Positions 10,185 through 20,587 of a stretch of DNA of 64,000 nucleotides are shown in pieces. Within the stretch, counting starts at the first letter, position 1, and each line of letters opens with the position of its first letter. The notes under the pieces are model-generated. The model had not been told where the DNA came from. It did no database searches and saw only the letters and a list, made by a program, of their open reading frames with translations. This DNA comes from Promethearchaeota archaeon (lineage in GTDB: Archaea; Asgardarchaeota; Lokiarchaeia; Sigyniarchaeales; SOKP01), in assembly GCA_016840085.1 (NCBI GenBank), contig JAEOTA010000019.1, positions 9,366 to 73,365 on the forward strand. Reading direction: 5' to 3'. The position numbers and the translations under genes are program-made.

Positions 10185-10781
10185 TTATTGATTTATTACA
10201 ATTTCTGTAAGATCTTCAAATGTTTCTTCTATATTCTGACCTGTTTTTGATGAAATTTCTTTATAACTCGATAAATTATATTTTTTAGCGATTTCAATTC
10301 CCACTTCAATATTAAACTCACGAGATTCTTCTAAATCTAATTTATTACCAACTAACATAATTGGAATATCACCAACTTCTTCTCTTATGATTTTAATCCA
10401 CTCAATTATTTGATCTAAAGATTTCATATTAGTAATATCATATATGATCATAGCACCATTTGCACCACGACAATAATTTGCCAAGAGGAACGTAAATCTT
10501 TCCTCACCTCCTAGAACCCAAATTTGCAATTTAACTCTCTTACCATGTAATTCTATTGTTTTAACATAAAAATCCACTCCAATAGTTAATCCTTCTGAAG
10601 GATTGAAAATATCGAAGCAAAATCTTTGAGCTAAGGTGGTCTTTCCTACTTTAGGTTCACCGAATAACATAATTTTAAATGTATAATCATAATCAAAGGG
10701 TGGTTTAAAGACAACTTTCCTTCTTATTCTGGAAATTATCTTAACCCAAATTTTCACCAATTTTGAGAGTATACTCATCAT
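10185..10781 (-). CDS. Rab-like small GTPase (G3 Asp replaced)
   Basis: GEPKVGKT, TIGVDF, LQIWVLGGEERF, GNKLD, EISSK. Confidence 0.9.
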   Translation of the reverse strand: MMSILSKLVKIWVKIISRIRRKVVFKPPFDYDYTFKIMLFGEPKVGKTTLAQRFCFDIFNPSEGLTIGVDFYVKTIELHGKRVKLQIWVLGGEERFTFLLANYCRGANGAMIIYDITNMKSLDQIIEWIKIIREEVGDIPIMLVGNKLDLEESREFNIEVGIEIAKKYNLSSYKEISSKTGQNIEETFEDLTEIVINQ

Positions 10782-10999
10782 CTAAATTAATTTTGTACCC
10801 AATATGAATTATTTTTTCTAAAAACAGTTTCTTCCATCTTTGAATAAGACAATTTGGGTATATAAATCTAACATTTGTGTCAGTTTTTCACATGACATAA
10901 AAGAAATTCTATTTCGGAGAGAAAAAAATTTATAGCTATTATGATAACAAGTTATATTGAAAAGAAACCCAAAATATAATTAAATTTGATGAGAAAATT

Positions 11000-12310
11000 A
11001 TGATAAAAGAATTTGAAGGAAAGGTAGTTGTTATTACAGGTGGTGCAAGCGGTATCGGACGTGGACTTGCTCATGCTTTTGCTAAGCGGGGATGTAAAAT
11101 AGTTCTCGCGGATATCGATAAAGAAAATCTCGATAAAGTGTCCAAAGAACTCGGTGAAATTGGCGCTGAAGTAATGACTCAAATAACAGATGTGAGTGAT
11201 CATGAACAAGTTGCTCATTTGGCAGATGCTTCTTATGATCGTTTTGGGTCCGTTAATATACTTTGTAACAATGCTGGTATCGGATCAGGGGGACCTATGA
11301 GCTTAATGACCCTTGAGAACTGGAATTGGGTACTTGGTGTTAATCTATTTGGGGTTATCTATTGTATTCAATATTTCTTAAATCGCATGTTGAAGAGTAA
11401 AGAACCATGTCATATTGTTAATACTTCTTCAGTGGCAGGATTACTGACTGGAGATAATCAACCATACGCTGCCTCTAAATTTGCTGTAGTCTCAATTAGT
11501 GAAACCTTAGCTTTAGAATGCTTTAATACAAATGTTGGTGTTTCTGTGGTTTGTCCTGGTTATGTTAACACAAATATAATAGAAAATTCAGAAATCCTTA
11601 GCCAAACACGACCAGGACTTTTCAAACCAACACCAGAAATGATTAAAATGTCAGGACCTGCTAGGGAAAATTTTGAGAAAATATTAGCATCAGGAATGGT
11701 TCCGGAAAACATGGCGGAAATAGTAATTAAAGCAATTGAAAACGATGTATTTTATGTAATAACTCATCCAGAATTCATTTCACCAATACAAGCTCGGTTT
11801 GAGCGAATCTATGAGGATACTTTAAAATTGCATGAGGGAATTGAAGAAAAACATGAGATTAAAACAAAAATCTTTAAAAATGATTCACCTGCGTTTTCTG
11901 TTACCTACCCAGAAAATCTTATAGAATTAAAACCAAACCCATTATTTAATCCACTAGTTAATCCAGTCTTCGTTGCTACTTCTCTAAACCTAGGTTTTGA
12001 TCTTGGAATTTATGTTTCAAAAATCTCTCCTAAAAGGCGCTTAGAAGATGCCGTTAAAAAAATAGTGAGAGGCTTTAAGGCTAGGGCAAATGAGATCAAA
12101 ATTATTTCCAATACCCCAATTAACTTGGGAGATGGAACACCTGGTTATGAATCTGTTATTGAATTTAAATCGGCAGGAACATTTAAGGTTAAAAGTATAC
12201 ATATTTCAGTTTTTAAGAATGAAAAATGGATCCGCGTTAGTATATTCGCCGGAGTTAACTTTTATGATGAAAATTTCAAAAATATTGTACACTCTCTTGA
12301 ATTTAAATAA
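11000..12310 (+). CDS. SDR oxidoreductase with extra C-terminal (PsbP-like) domain
   Basis: TGGASGIG, NNAG, YAASK; about 150 aa extension beginning FSVTYPE. Confidence 0.85.
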   Translation: MIKEFEGKVVVITGGASGIGRGLAHAFAKRGCKIVLADIDKENLDKVSKELGEIGAEVMTQITDVSDHEQVAHLADASYDRFGSVNILCNNAGIGSGGPMSLMTLENWNWVLGVNLFGVIYCIQYFLNRMLKSKEPCHIVNTSSVAGLLTGDNQPYAASKFAVVSISETLALECFNTNVGVSVVCPGYVNTNIIENSEILSQTRPGLFKPTPEMIKMSGPARENFEKILASGMVPENMAEIVIKAIENDVFYVITHPEFISPIQARFERIYEDTLKLHEGIEEKHEIKTKIFKNDSPAFSVTYPENLIELKPNPLFNPLVNPVFVATSLNLGFDLGIYVSKISPKRRLEDAVKKIVRGFKARANEIKIISNTPINLGDGTPGYESVIEFKSAGTFKVKSIHISVFKNEKWIRVSIFAGVNFYDENFKNIVHSLEFK

Positions 12311-12405
12311 TTATATTGAATTCTTTTTAATTAAAACAAAATTCCTTGATGATCCAAATCTAGTGGTGGGATTAAAATTAAAGATTACCTTGATGAATAG
12401 TTACA

Positions 12406-13230
12406 TCAACCAAGATTATCTTGAATAAAATTCCATATTGAATTATTAGCTTCCTCAGGATCTTCAATAGTAAATGCATGTCCTAATCCGTTTAAAATTT
12501 CTAATTTTGAGTTTGGCATTTTCTCATGCATTTCTTCTCTCATTCCTGGTATCGTCATTTTGTCTCTTGATCCTGAAATTATTAATGTAGGTTGAGTAAT
12601 ATTCTGTATTGTGTCTCGCATATCAAAGTCCCTTAATGCTTCAATTTGATTAATCCAATCCTTATAAAGAGAGGGATCAAAAGTTTGAGCGCAAAAGTTC
12701 ATGTCTTTCTTTATGATGTCAAATAATTCTTTATCTTCATTTAGTTTTTTTTTAAATACCCTTGAATATACGAGTGGGAACCAATATTCAACTCTTTGGC
12801 CTTGATCTAAATCTTTTAACGTCTGATATGTAAGGTAATTTTGATCAATTGTTTTTGAAGGATAATAGCTAAATGTACTACATAATATCAATGTTTTTAT
12901 CATTTCAGGATACTTTAAAACAAATCTCTGAGCAATCATCGCTCCCATACTTGATCCACACAAATGAATACCTTCCTTTATATTGAGATAATCACATAAA
13001 TTCTTAAAATCCTCAACAAACATTTCCATGGTATAGTGATAATCTGGGCGGGAACTCTTTCCTTCACCTCGTTTATCAAAAGCAATCACTGTCATCTTAT
13101 CTTTAAAAAAATCAATTTGGTAATTCCAGGATTGCAGTTTAGTAAAACTACCACTAACTAATACTAAAGGCTCTCCCTGTCCCTCCTTTATATAATTAAT
13201 ATCAATATTATTATAACTAAAAATTGGCAT
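12406..13230 (-). CDS. Alpha/beta hydrolase
   Basis: FDKRGEGKS, GSSMG, GSRD, GH. Confidence 0.9.
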   Translation of the reverse strand: MPIFSYNNIDINYIKEGQGEPLVLVSGSFTKLQSWNYQIDFFKDKMTVIAFDKRGEGKSSRPDYHYTMEMFVEDFKNLCDYLNIKEGIHLCGSSMGAMIAQRFVLKYPEMIKTLILCSTFSYYPSKTIDQNYLTYQTLKDLDQGQRVEYWFPLVYSRVFKKKLNEDKELFDIIKKDMNFCAQTFDPSLYKDWINQIEALRDFDMRDTIQNITQPTLIISGSRDKMTIPGMREEMHEKMPNSKLEILNGLGHAFTIEDPEEANNSIWNFIQDNLG

Positions 13231-13336
13231 ATATATATTTCTACCTTGATTTACTTTAATTAAATTAAAATTAATTAATCTGTTTTAATTTAAAACTATA
13301 TCCCAATCATATTAAATTTCGAGACGAATAAAAAAT

Positions 13337-14044
13337 ATGGCTATTGAAGAAGAAAAAAATTATTATTTAAAGAAAAAAAGAACTTTGTTGAGAACGTTTA
13401 AAACAGCATTAGTTATAGTTAAAAATATTCTGATTGAATATTTTGGAGAATCCAAATTTAAAGAGATTTCTACCATTACAGAGAAAGAATTTGAAGCACT
13501 TATACCTCAAATCCCTTATGTAGGAGGAGATGAAAATCATTTAACTGAAGATCTTATCAATGCAACTCTTTTATTACCATTACTTCGAGTTTTTGAGAAA
13601 GAAGGATTAGATTTTTATGAAATAGGTAAGTTGGCGTATGATTTGTTCGAAGCTTTTTATAAAGTAATACCTCCTACAAGTAATATTTTTTCAGAAGAGT
13701 CTTTTATTCAACTAAAAGAAAGTGCTAAACATTCCAAATTACGTAAATATAACGGTGATTGGGTTTATGATTTTGTTGAAGGTGATGGCAAAACTTTTAC
13801 ATACGGCACAGATTATTACGAATGTGGGGTATTTAAGTTTTATAAAAGCCAAGGTGCTGAACATTTTATGCCAATAATATGTATATCTGATTTTGCTCAA
13901 GCTCAGGCTTACGGATATGGGCTGAAACGTACTCAAACAATAGGAAACGGAGCTCCACTATGTGATTTTCGTTACATTAAAAATGGCTCTACACCTCGAG
14001 CATGGCCCCCAGATAATCTACCAGAATTTAAAAAGAGGTTATAG
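13337..14044 (+). CDS. L-2-amino-thiazoline-4-carboxylic acid hydrolase-like family protein
   Basis: PQIPYVGG, ECG, CISD, RTQTIGNGAPLCDFR. Confidence 0.8.
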   Translation: MAIEEEKNYYLKKKRTLLRTFKTALVIVKNILIEYFGESKFKEISTITEKEFEALIPQIPYVGGDENHLTEDLINATLLLPLLRVFEKEGLDFYEIGKLAYDLFEAFYKVIPPTSNIFSEESFIQLKESAKHSKLRKYNGDWVYDFVEGDGKTFTYGTDYYECGVFKFYKSQGAEHFMPIICISDFAQAQAYGYGLKRTQTIGNGAPLCDFRYIKNGSTPRAWPPDNLPEFKKRL

Positions 14045-14078
14045 CTCGCTATATTAAACTCTTAACTTTATAGTTCTT

Positions 14079-14576
14079 TTATATTTTTATTTTACTTAAA
14101 ATATCATCAAGATAGTGGATATTTTCCTTTTCGAGTTCTACTTTTAAAGTATTTGCTAGTGAATATCTAAATGCCCATACTTCCATATTTTTCCCCAATT
14201 CTTTTACTTTCTTTACAACAGGAACAAAATCGCCGTCTCCCGACACCAATACTACTGTGTCATACGCATTTTCGTATGCTAGCGAGACGATGTCAATCGC
14301 AATATTGATATCAACTTTCTTTTCAATGGCTCCACTTCTCGCGATCTTATCAAAACTCGCTTTAATTATGTAACCACTTCGTATTGTTAGCTCTTTATAC
14401 CAACTCCTCTTCTCTGGACTCATAGGATATACAACACCCTCATATAAGAATATAGCATCTAATCTACGGCCACGAGTTATGAAATTTTTCAACTTTTCAT
14501 AGTCCACTTTGATATTATATTTCTGAAAACCCTTGAAAATATTGCTATTATCTATAAAAATTGTGATTCGGTCCAT
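14079..14576 (-). CDS. NYN/LabA (PIN-like) domain protein
   Basis: FIDNSN, EKKVDINIAID, LVSGDGDF. Confidence 0.92.
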   Translation of the reverse strand: MDRITIFIDNSNIFKGFQKYNIKVDYEKLKNFITRGRRLDAIFLYEGVVYPMSPEKRSWYKELTIRSGYIIKASFDKIARSGAIEKKVDINIAIDIVSLAYENAYDTVVLVSGDGDFVPVVKKVKELGKNMEVWAFRYSLANTLKVELEKENIHYLDDILSKIKI

Positions 14577-14603
14577 TTTAAAGACTTTTTTTGCTCTTTT
14601 TGA

Positions 14604-15452
14604 TTATTTGTCTTTTTTGATCATTTTTCGTTCTAGATTCATAGTTTCCAAGTCAATCAAAACGTAGATTAAAGAATCCTCATCTTGTCGAAATTGTCCT
14701 GGTTGAATACATATCGTATTACCTATTTGAGAATACCATTTGCCTGAAACATCGGGAGATTCGTGAATATGCCCATGAAGCGAGAGTTTTGGCTGTTTTT
14801 TTTTAAGAAACGCATATTCTGCTTTTGACCCTACTTTTTGACCAGCATGGGTTACATCAAGATCTATATTAGCGGGGGGATTATGAAAAATATAGATAGT
14901 ATTACTCATATTGGAAGATTTTACTAAATTTCTAAGCTCATCTTCAATTGTAGGGAGATTCTCGACATACGAGAACCAATCTTCAACTTTTTTGAATCCA
15001 TTTGGTGTAGAAAGATATTGTTTTCCAATTTGTTTTGGATGCTCAAAATCCGTAGTATCTTTACGTGCCCTATCTTTTAGCCCAAAAGGCAAGTCTGAAA
15101 CCCAATTCATCCCTATAAACTCATATTTACTACCTTCAATCTCGAACTTTGTTTGAGCCATATTAACTACATAAGAATATTTATCGCAAGTTTTTTGAAA
15201 TAAGTCATCGAATATCCTCAAATCATCATTTCCTAATTGTCCTAAGTAATAAATCTTCTTTGATTCAAATCTTGAAAAATACTCATCAAGAAATCCAGTA
15301 ATAAACTTATCTTGATGTAATAAATTTCCTTTAAATGGAAGTATATCTCCACCATTTATTACTACATCAGGTTTTAATGAAGATGCTATATGGAAAATCT
15401 CGTTATGCTTCCATTCAATCCCATGTATGTCGGTTACATATAATAATTTCAT
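14604..15452 (-). CDS. Metallophosphoesterase
   Basis: TDIHG, GGD, GNDD, HNPP, HGHIHE. Confidence 0.9.
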   Translation of the reverse strand: MKLLYVTDIHGIEWKHNEIFHIASSLKPDVVINGGDILPFKGNLLHQDKFITGFLDEYFSRFESKKIYYLGQLGNDDLRIFDDLFQKTCDKYSYVVNMAQTKFEIEGSKYEFIGMNWVSDLPFGLKDRARKDTTDFEHPKQIGKQYLSTPNGFKKVEDWFSYVENLPTIEDELRNLVKSSNMSNTIYIFHNPPANIDLDVTHAGQKVGSKAEYAFLKKKQPKLSLHGHIHESPDVSGKWYSQIGNTICIQPGQFRQDEDSLIYVLIDLETMNLERKMIKKDK

Positions 15453-15492
15453 AATTCTATTATATTATATTAAATCTCGGAGATAATCTTTC

Positions 15493-16335
15493 TTATGATT
15501 TCTTTCTCATTCGAATGATCATAACTAAAGCAACGAGGATTATACCATATAATATGAAGAGGTTGAATCCAGGAATATCTTGTTTTGTTTTAGATGGTTT
15601 AAACGGTGATATTTCAGTAGGATTTAAATGTGGGTTTTTCATAAGGAACATATGAAAACTGCCAAGTCTCTCTGTAGTTCCCAAAAGAAAAATATTATCT
15701 GATGAATCTAACACTATAGCTTCACCACTATCATAATCAGATTCCCCCCAAGTCATATTATATTGCATCACGCCATCACTATTATATTTCACAAGAGCTA
15801 TATCAAAATCTCCCGCCCCGAAACTCTCCGTAATTCCCACAAGATAAATATTATCTGATGAATCCAACGCTATTTCATGACCACTTTCATAATCTGATCC
15901 TCCCCATGTCTTATTCCATTGTTCTACACCCAACTTATTATATTTCACAAGACCTTTACCAGCAAAATAAACGTTATCAGATGAATCAACTACAATACCT
16001 CCAGTAGGGCTACTACCATAATAATTGCTCCAGTTATGGTCCCATAGATAATAACTAGAACTGTCAAATTTAAATAGAGACACCCAATGATTTGTCTGAT
16101 GTTGTTCTCCCGCAATATAAATATTGTTTGATGAATCCAATGCAATATCAATTCCCAATCCCCCATAACCAGAGTCCCATATAAAATACCATGAATCTTC
16201 AGCTGAAATAGTGTCAGAGAGGTTAGGAATAATATCCATACTATCTCTATTATCATTTCCTCTATGACAAATGTCAGTTGCTTGCAACATGAAGCTAAAC
16301 AATAAAATGGCAATAAAAACCAACTTACTTTTCAT
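15493..16335 (-). CDS. Secreted SBBP-repeat beta-propeller protein with Loki-CTERM tail
   Basis: Signal peptide; repeated IALDSSDNIY..G and WGG motifs; IPGFNL + TM + basic tail. Confidence 0.8.
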   Translation of the reverse strand: MKSKLVFIAILLFSFMLQATDICHRGNDNRDSMDIIPNLSDTISAEDSWYFIWDSGYGGLGIDIALDSSNNIYIAGEQHQTNHWVSLFKFDSSSYYLWDHNWSNYYGSSPTGGIVVDSSDNVYFAGKGLVKYNKLGVEQWNKTWGGSDYESGHEIALDSSDNIYLVGITESFGAGDFDIALVKYNSDGVMQYNMTWGESDYDSGEAIVLDSSDNIFLLGTTERLGSFHMFLMKNPHLNPTEISPFKPSKTKQDIPGFNLFILYGIILVALVMIIRMRKKS

Positions 16336-16514
16336 TATAATCTCGTTAAATATGAATTAGTAGGAAAATTAATTACTTTACATATTTAAAATTATTGATA
16401 TCAAAATCGCTTTATCAAAAATTTAAACAATTTATATTTCATAAGGAGCTTAATTAACCTTTTCTAAGAATTTAGACATAGGATAAGTGTGAAAAGCTTT
16501 AACTTCAATATAAT

Positions 16515-16955
16515 TTACTTATGGTCAAAATCTTTCTTTGATTCTGTTTTAAATTCACTGTCATTGTGAGCAATTATTATACTAAATGGACAATTCATCA
16601 GTTTTCCTTTTTTATTAAAAATTTGAAACTGATAAGAGTAAGTAGGAATTACTTCATATAAATGAGGAATTTTTATTGAGATATGGATTTTATATCCATA
16701 TATTTTGAAGTCTTCCATATCCAAACTCACAGAATAATATTATTAAAGTTAATCTATCAAGTATCTAAGCTATCATATGATATTTAAATAGGTATGGTGA
16801 CTTTATGAAGTAATAAGTTCCGTTTAAATTCATAAGGTGGAAAATTTTCCCTGATTTCAGTATATCAGCAGTCTTATTACTTAGATCCCCGTATTGAGAC
16901 TGTATTTAGAAAAACCGATGATATGGATTTCACTTTTCTATTGTTTGATATCATG
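16515..16955 (-). pseudogene. Degraded gene remnant of unclear family
   Basis: Coding-like stretches broken by stops and frameshifts; ORF 16515..16730 has no clear start context. Confidence 0.25.
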
Positions 16956-16995
16956 AAAGAATAAAAATAAGCTATATTCACAATCTATAACAAAT

Positions 16996-17793
16996 TTAGC
17001 TTTTCTGATTTATTATTTCCTGCATTTTAATGTTAGGATGGTGATATCTTTGTGTTTTTAACGTTCCTTTACCAAATTGAATAGATCTTTCTGGACAAAA
17101 ATTAATACAGGCTAGACATTGTTGACATCTATGCTGCCACTGGGGTACCCCCTCAACCAATGTGATGTTATTTACGGGACAAACTTGCTCACAAATTCCA
17201 CAATTGCTGCAATTGTCATCAGCGTAGAAATTTTTATCCCCTTCATTAACATCCTCTCGAAATTTGGCATTAAATCTCTCTGCTCTTGTTAAATCTTTTT
17301 TGAAAACGTTTTGATTCAGATTATTTTCTTTTTTCTTTATTATTTCCGCAATTTTTTCTACCTGCGCCTTCTCCCTTTCAAAAAACTCTTTTTGACGTTT
17401 CTCCGAGTGAATATCATAACCAATAATATAATTATTTGGCATAGTAATCAAAAATCCTGCATTGAGTGATTTTGCTTTTGGTTTTACCTTTAAAAGCTTC
17501 TCGATCTGCTGTAAAGGTAACTCAGTGATATCTCCAGCACTCGTTACCACCGCAAAAATATATTCAGATTTGGTTAAATCAATATTCTCTATAAAATCAT
17601 AGACAATCTTCGGCAATCCAGAATAATATAAGGGAAAAATAAAACCTAAATTGTCACTTGTCGACGCAAGATTTTCCCTCTGCCATATCTTCGCGATGGG
17701 TATAAGTTCACAAGCTCCTAACTTCACAGCAATATCTTTTGCTACCTGTAAAGAATTACCTGTTCCCGTAAAAAAGTAGATTGTAGTATCCAT
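16996..17793 (-). CDS. EFR1-family flavodoxin-ferredoxin fusion
   Basis: YFFTGTGNS, MPNNY, CSNCGICEQVCP, CQQCLACINFCP, RYHHP. Confidence 0.92.
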   Translation of the reverse strand: MDTTIYFFTGTGNSLQVAKDIAVKLGACELIPIAKIWQRENLASTSDNLGFIFPLYYSGLPKIVYDFIENIDLTKSEYIFAVVTSAGDITELPLQQIEKLLKVKPKAKSLNAGFLITMPNNYIIGYDIHSEKRQKEFFEREKAQVEKIAEIIKKKENNLNQNVFKKDLTRAERFNAKFREDVNEGDKNFYADDNCSNCGICEQVCPVNNITLVEGVPQWQHRCQQCLACINFCPERSIQFGKGTLKTQRYHHPNIKMQEIINQKS

Positions 17794-17855
17794 ACATTCT
17801 TAAAATTATCTCTTCTTTTAGAATTTATTGGTAGGCAAAGGGCTCAAAAACAAAG

Positions 17856-18701
17856 TCATTTCAAAAATTCTACAATAACAATTTTGGCGATTTTAAGCAA
17901 TTCACTGCCCTTAATCATTTTACGCGTCTTCTTATGTAATTTAGGATTGAAAGGAATTCGAGAATACATCGTGTACCATTCTTTTATTCGTAATTTATCA
18001 GACCATTTTAAAACAGTTTTATCTGGATTTCCAATAGGTAAAGAAAAGGATAATTCAGAACCATATTTTTTTGCTCTTCTATTTACAACTTTAGCTGCTA
18101 TTTTATTAACACAATCAAATGCAATTCCTCCCCCAGGAAACTGCTCTGCTAATGCCCTGAAAAGCTTAGAAACATCCTCTTCAGTGTAATAATAAACAAA
18201 TCCTCCCGCTATGAAAAAAATTCCTTTTGCCAGATCATGATCCACATCATTCAGCCAATCAAGTTCAAATGCTGATCTTGCTAAGTAACTACTTCTTGAA
18301 GTTTCGGGAATAAATTGTTTGCGGAAGTTTATTGCATCGGGTAAATCTAAATCATACCATTTAACCCTTTCATTATCTACTCGGTGGAAAGTTGTATCCA
18401 ATCCTGCTCCAATATTAGCAACTGTAGCTTGCGGATGTTCTTTTATGTAATCCTTGACCGCATTATCAAGATTTCGAGCTCGAACAAGAAGGCCGATACC
18501 GCGCCACTCTCCTAAAAATTCTTTAAGCTCAGAAAAATCATAGTCAATACTTGTAAGGATTTCCACGGCTTTGGGATCCTCTAATATTTCGGGATATTTT
18601 TCACTTAAAGTTGCTCGAGCCCATAACGGTCCTATCATCGTTTCTTGAATCGATCCTTTAACAATAAAATCATGCCCTCTAATTTTTTCTTGTTCAACCA
18701 T
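17856..18701 (-). CDS. SAM-dependent methyltransferase (LCM/TcmP-like)
   Basis: ETMIGPLWARA, NIGAGLDT, WYDLDLP. Confidence 0.9.
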   Translation of the reverse strand: MVEQEKIRGHDFIVKGSIQETMIGPLWARATLSEKYPEILEDPKAVEILTSIDYDFSELKEFLGEWRGIGLLVRARNLDNAVKDYIKEHPQATVANIGAGLDTTFHRVDNERVKWYDLDLPDAINFRKQFIPETSRSSYLARSAFELDWLNDVDHDLAKGIFFIAGGFVYYYTEEDVSKLFRALAEQFPGGGIAFDCVNKIAAKVVNRRAKKYGSELSFSLPIGNPDKTVLKWSDKLRIKEWYTMYSRIPFNPKLHKKTRKMIKGSELLKIAKIVIVEFLK

Positions 18702-18846
18702 TTTTTCATTCCTTATTAGGATAATAAAATTCTAACAGCTAATAATGATACCTTTCTCTCTTACATTAACCGTCTGCTGTTTTTAAATCGTAATTTTTAC
18801 TAAAAATGCCTTAGTAAAATTAAAAATACTAAAATTAATTAATTTT

Positions 18847-18866
18847 GGGGGCAACCCCTTTTTTTT
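18847..18866 (+). terminator. GGGG-GCAA-CCCC hairpin followed by a T8 tract
   Basis: gggggcaacccctttttttt seen directly. Confidence 0.5.
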
Positions 18867-18880
18867 ATCTTTTTAGATTA

Positions 18881-19651
18881 TTAAATTTTCCGCTTTATTG
18901 GATAGGCAATTTCAGATCGTTTTATAATAAAAGAATCATCAAGATCATTAACCATACGTTTAACAATCTCAAATGGAATACCCATCGATAAGTAATCCTG
19001 AGGAAACCAATAATTTCCAGTAGGGTCAGTTGGACCAATAATAATAGTATTTTCTGATCCATTTTCAACCATACCTGCAGGATATGTTACAAAAGAGGCA
19101 CATGAAGGACCCCAAGGGATTTGTATATTAAATCCTTTTTCCGGTCGAAAGTAAGCCAATGAACATAGATTTCTTATTTGTTCTGAAAGCCCAAAACAAA
19201 TTAGAGCTTTTACATCAGGATCTTGTTCATCTAAATCATCACATTTTCGAATTACAATATATTTTCCAAGAGGTGTAATTTTTCCAATAGAATTTAATCG
19301 TTTTTCAGCAAGATCCGGAGTTGCTATTAAAAATTCGGCGGCACCATTCCTAAAATTTTCTGATCCTGTTGATAAAAAGTATTTTAACATTGGTAAAAAT
19401 GTTTTATAACCAAACCACGCTTGTCCTCCTGGACAACAACCCTCCAATGCATTATTTCCAATATATATAGCATTGATATTTTTGTTAACTGATAATGAAA
19501 AAATAGCGTTCGCTATACAACGATTAATCATTTTTATAGGGATAGCATTATCAGGAACTGTGTCTGAACTATAGACGCACAATGGACTTGCTTTTAACCT
19601 TCCTGCTTGAGCTAATTTGACTCCTATCTCTTTAATTGTTAAATTTACCAT
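18881..19651 (-). CDS. DUF169 family protein
   Basis: CCPGG, EQIRNLCSL, PWGPSC, DPTG motifs. Confidence 0.7.
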   Translation of the reverse strand: MVNLTIKEIGVKLAQAGRLKASPLCVYSSDTVPDNAIPIKMINRCIANAIFSLSVNKNINAIYIGNNALEGCCPGGQAWFGYKTFLPMLKYFLSTGSENFRNGAAEFLIATPDLAEKRLNSIGKITPLGKYIVIRKCDDLDEQDPDVKALICFGLSEQIRNLCSLAYFRPEKGFNIQIPWGPSCASFVTYPAGMVENGSENTIIIGPTDPTGNYWFPQDYLSMGIPFEIVKRMVNDLDDSFIIKRSEIAYPIKRKI

Positions 19652-19762
19652 AACTATTATCTTAATATTTTTTTAAGATCTTATCATCATTTCTTGGATC
19701 GATCCTTAGCAATAAAATGATGTCCTTCAATTTTTCATTCTTCAATAGGATAATTCATTTTA

Positions 19763-20467
19763 TTAGCTCTCGGAAAGAATTTCTTTTAAAGAAGGAAGAT
19801 TCTCATTCATATATTCAAATATCTCATTTGCCCTTCTTATTATTTTATCTCGTTCACGAGATTTATTTTTATGATTGTTTTCGTATCTCTTTATTGCAAT
19901 CTTTCTCCATTTCTTTTTCCAAGAGGGGAAACCGATCTTAACGAAACGTTCTCGATTTGGAAAGTCTTGACAGACCCAGTTAAACAAGATAAAATAACGC
20001 TGTGCACCTGATTCTATCGTAAGGTTACGAGAAGTGATACCGAGTTTTCTAAGATGCTCGATATATCTACCTTCCACAGCGTCTTGGAGTTCTCCTTCTA
20101 TAATTGCGGGTTCATAATATATTTCATTCTCTTTAAAGTATTCTCTAACGAGATCAAAACAATTACCTCGACATAGAAGTATCCTATCTCCATTGCCGTG
20201 TTTAAGATTTTTAAGAGTTTTGATAATGACCTTTAATATGTGCTTTTTCGCTCGATCATCATCCTTATTATCTTCATTATAGAGTCCCACGGGAACTGAC
20301 TGAAATATTATTTTTCCGCTTTCAATATCTCGAAAGCCAATGAAAGCATCCCCGACGAGATCTCCCGTCCCAGCGTCATCAATTTCTATTGTTCTTCCCT
20401 TCCACTCGCTGGGATTAACAGTGGATTGGCACGACTCATCGTCGTTTTTTTCTTTTTTTGTCTTCAT
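19763..20467 (-). CDS. Conserved hypothetical protein, possible RNase H-like fold
   Basis: IEIDDAGTGDLVG resembles the RNase HII DEAG motif; LCRG; GELQDAVE. Confidence 0.55.
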   Translation of the reverse strand: MKTKKEKNDDESCQSTVNPSEWKGRTIEIDDAGTGDLVGDAFIGFRDIESGKIIFQSVPVGLYNEDNKDDDRAKKHILKVIIKTLKNLKHGNGDRILLCRGNCFDLVREYFKENEIYYEPAIIEGELQDAVEGRYIEHLRKLGITSRNLTIESGAQRYFILFNWVCQDFPNRERFVKIGFPSWKKKWRKIAIKRYENNHKNKSRERDKIIRRANEIFEYMNENLPSLKEILSES

Positions 20468-20587
20468 TACTTCTTAAAATATTTAGCGTCATAAATACGT
20501 TATGATTTTGAATTATTATTTTGAAAATGTAGCTAGTGTTTTTTGAGTACAGTTCAGAAAAAATGTAGCTTAGAAATTCATAAAAAA

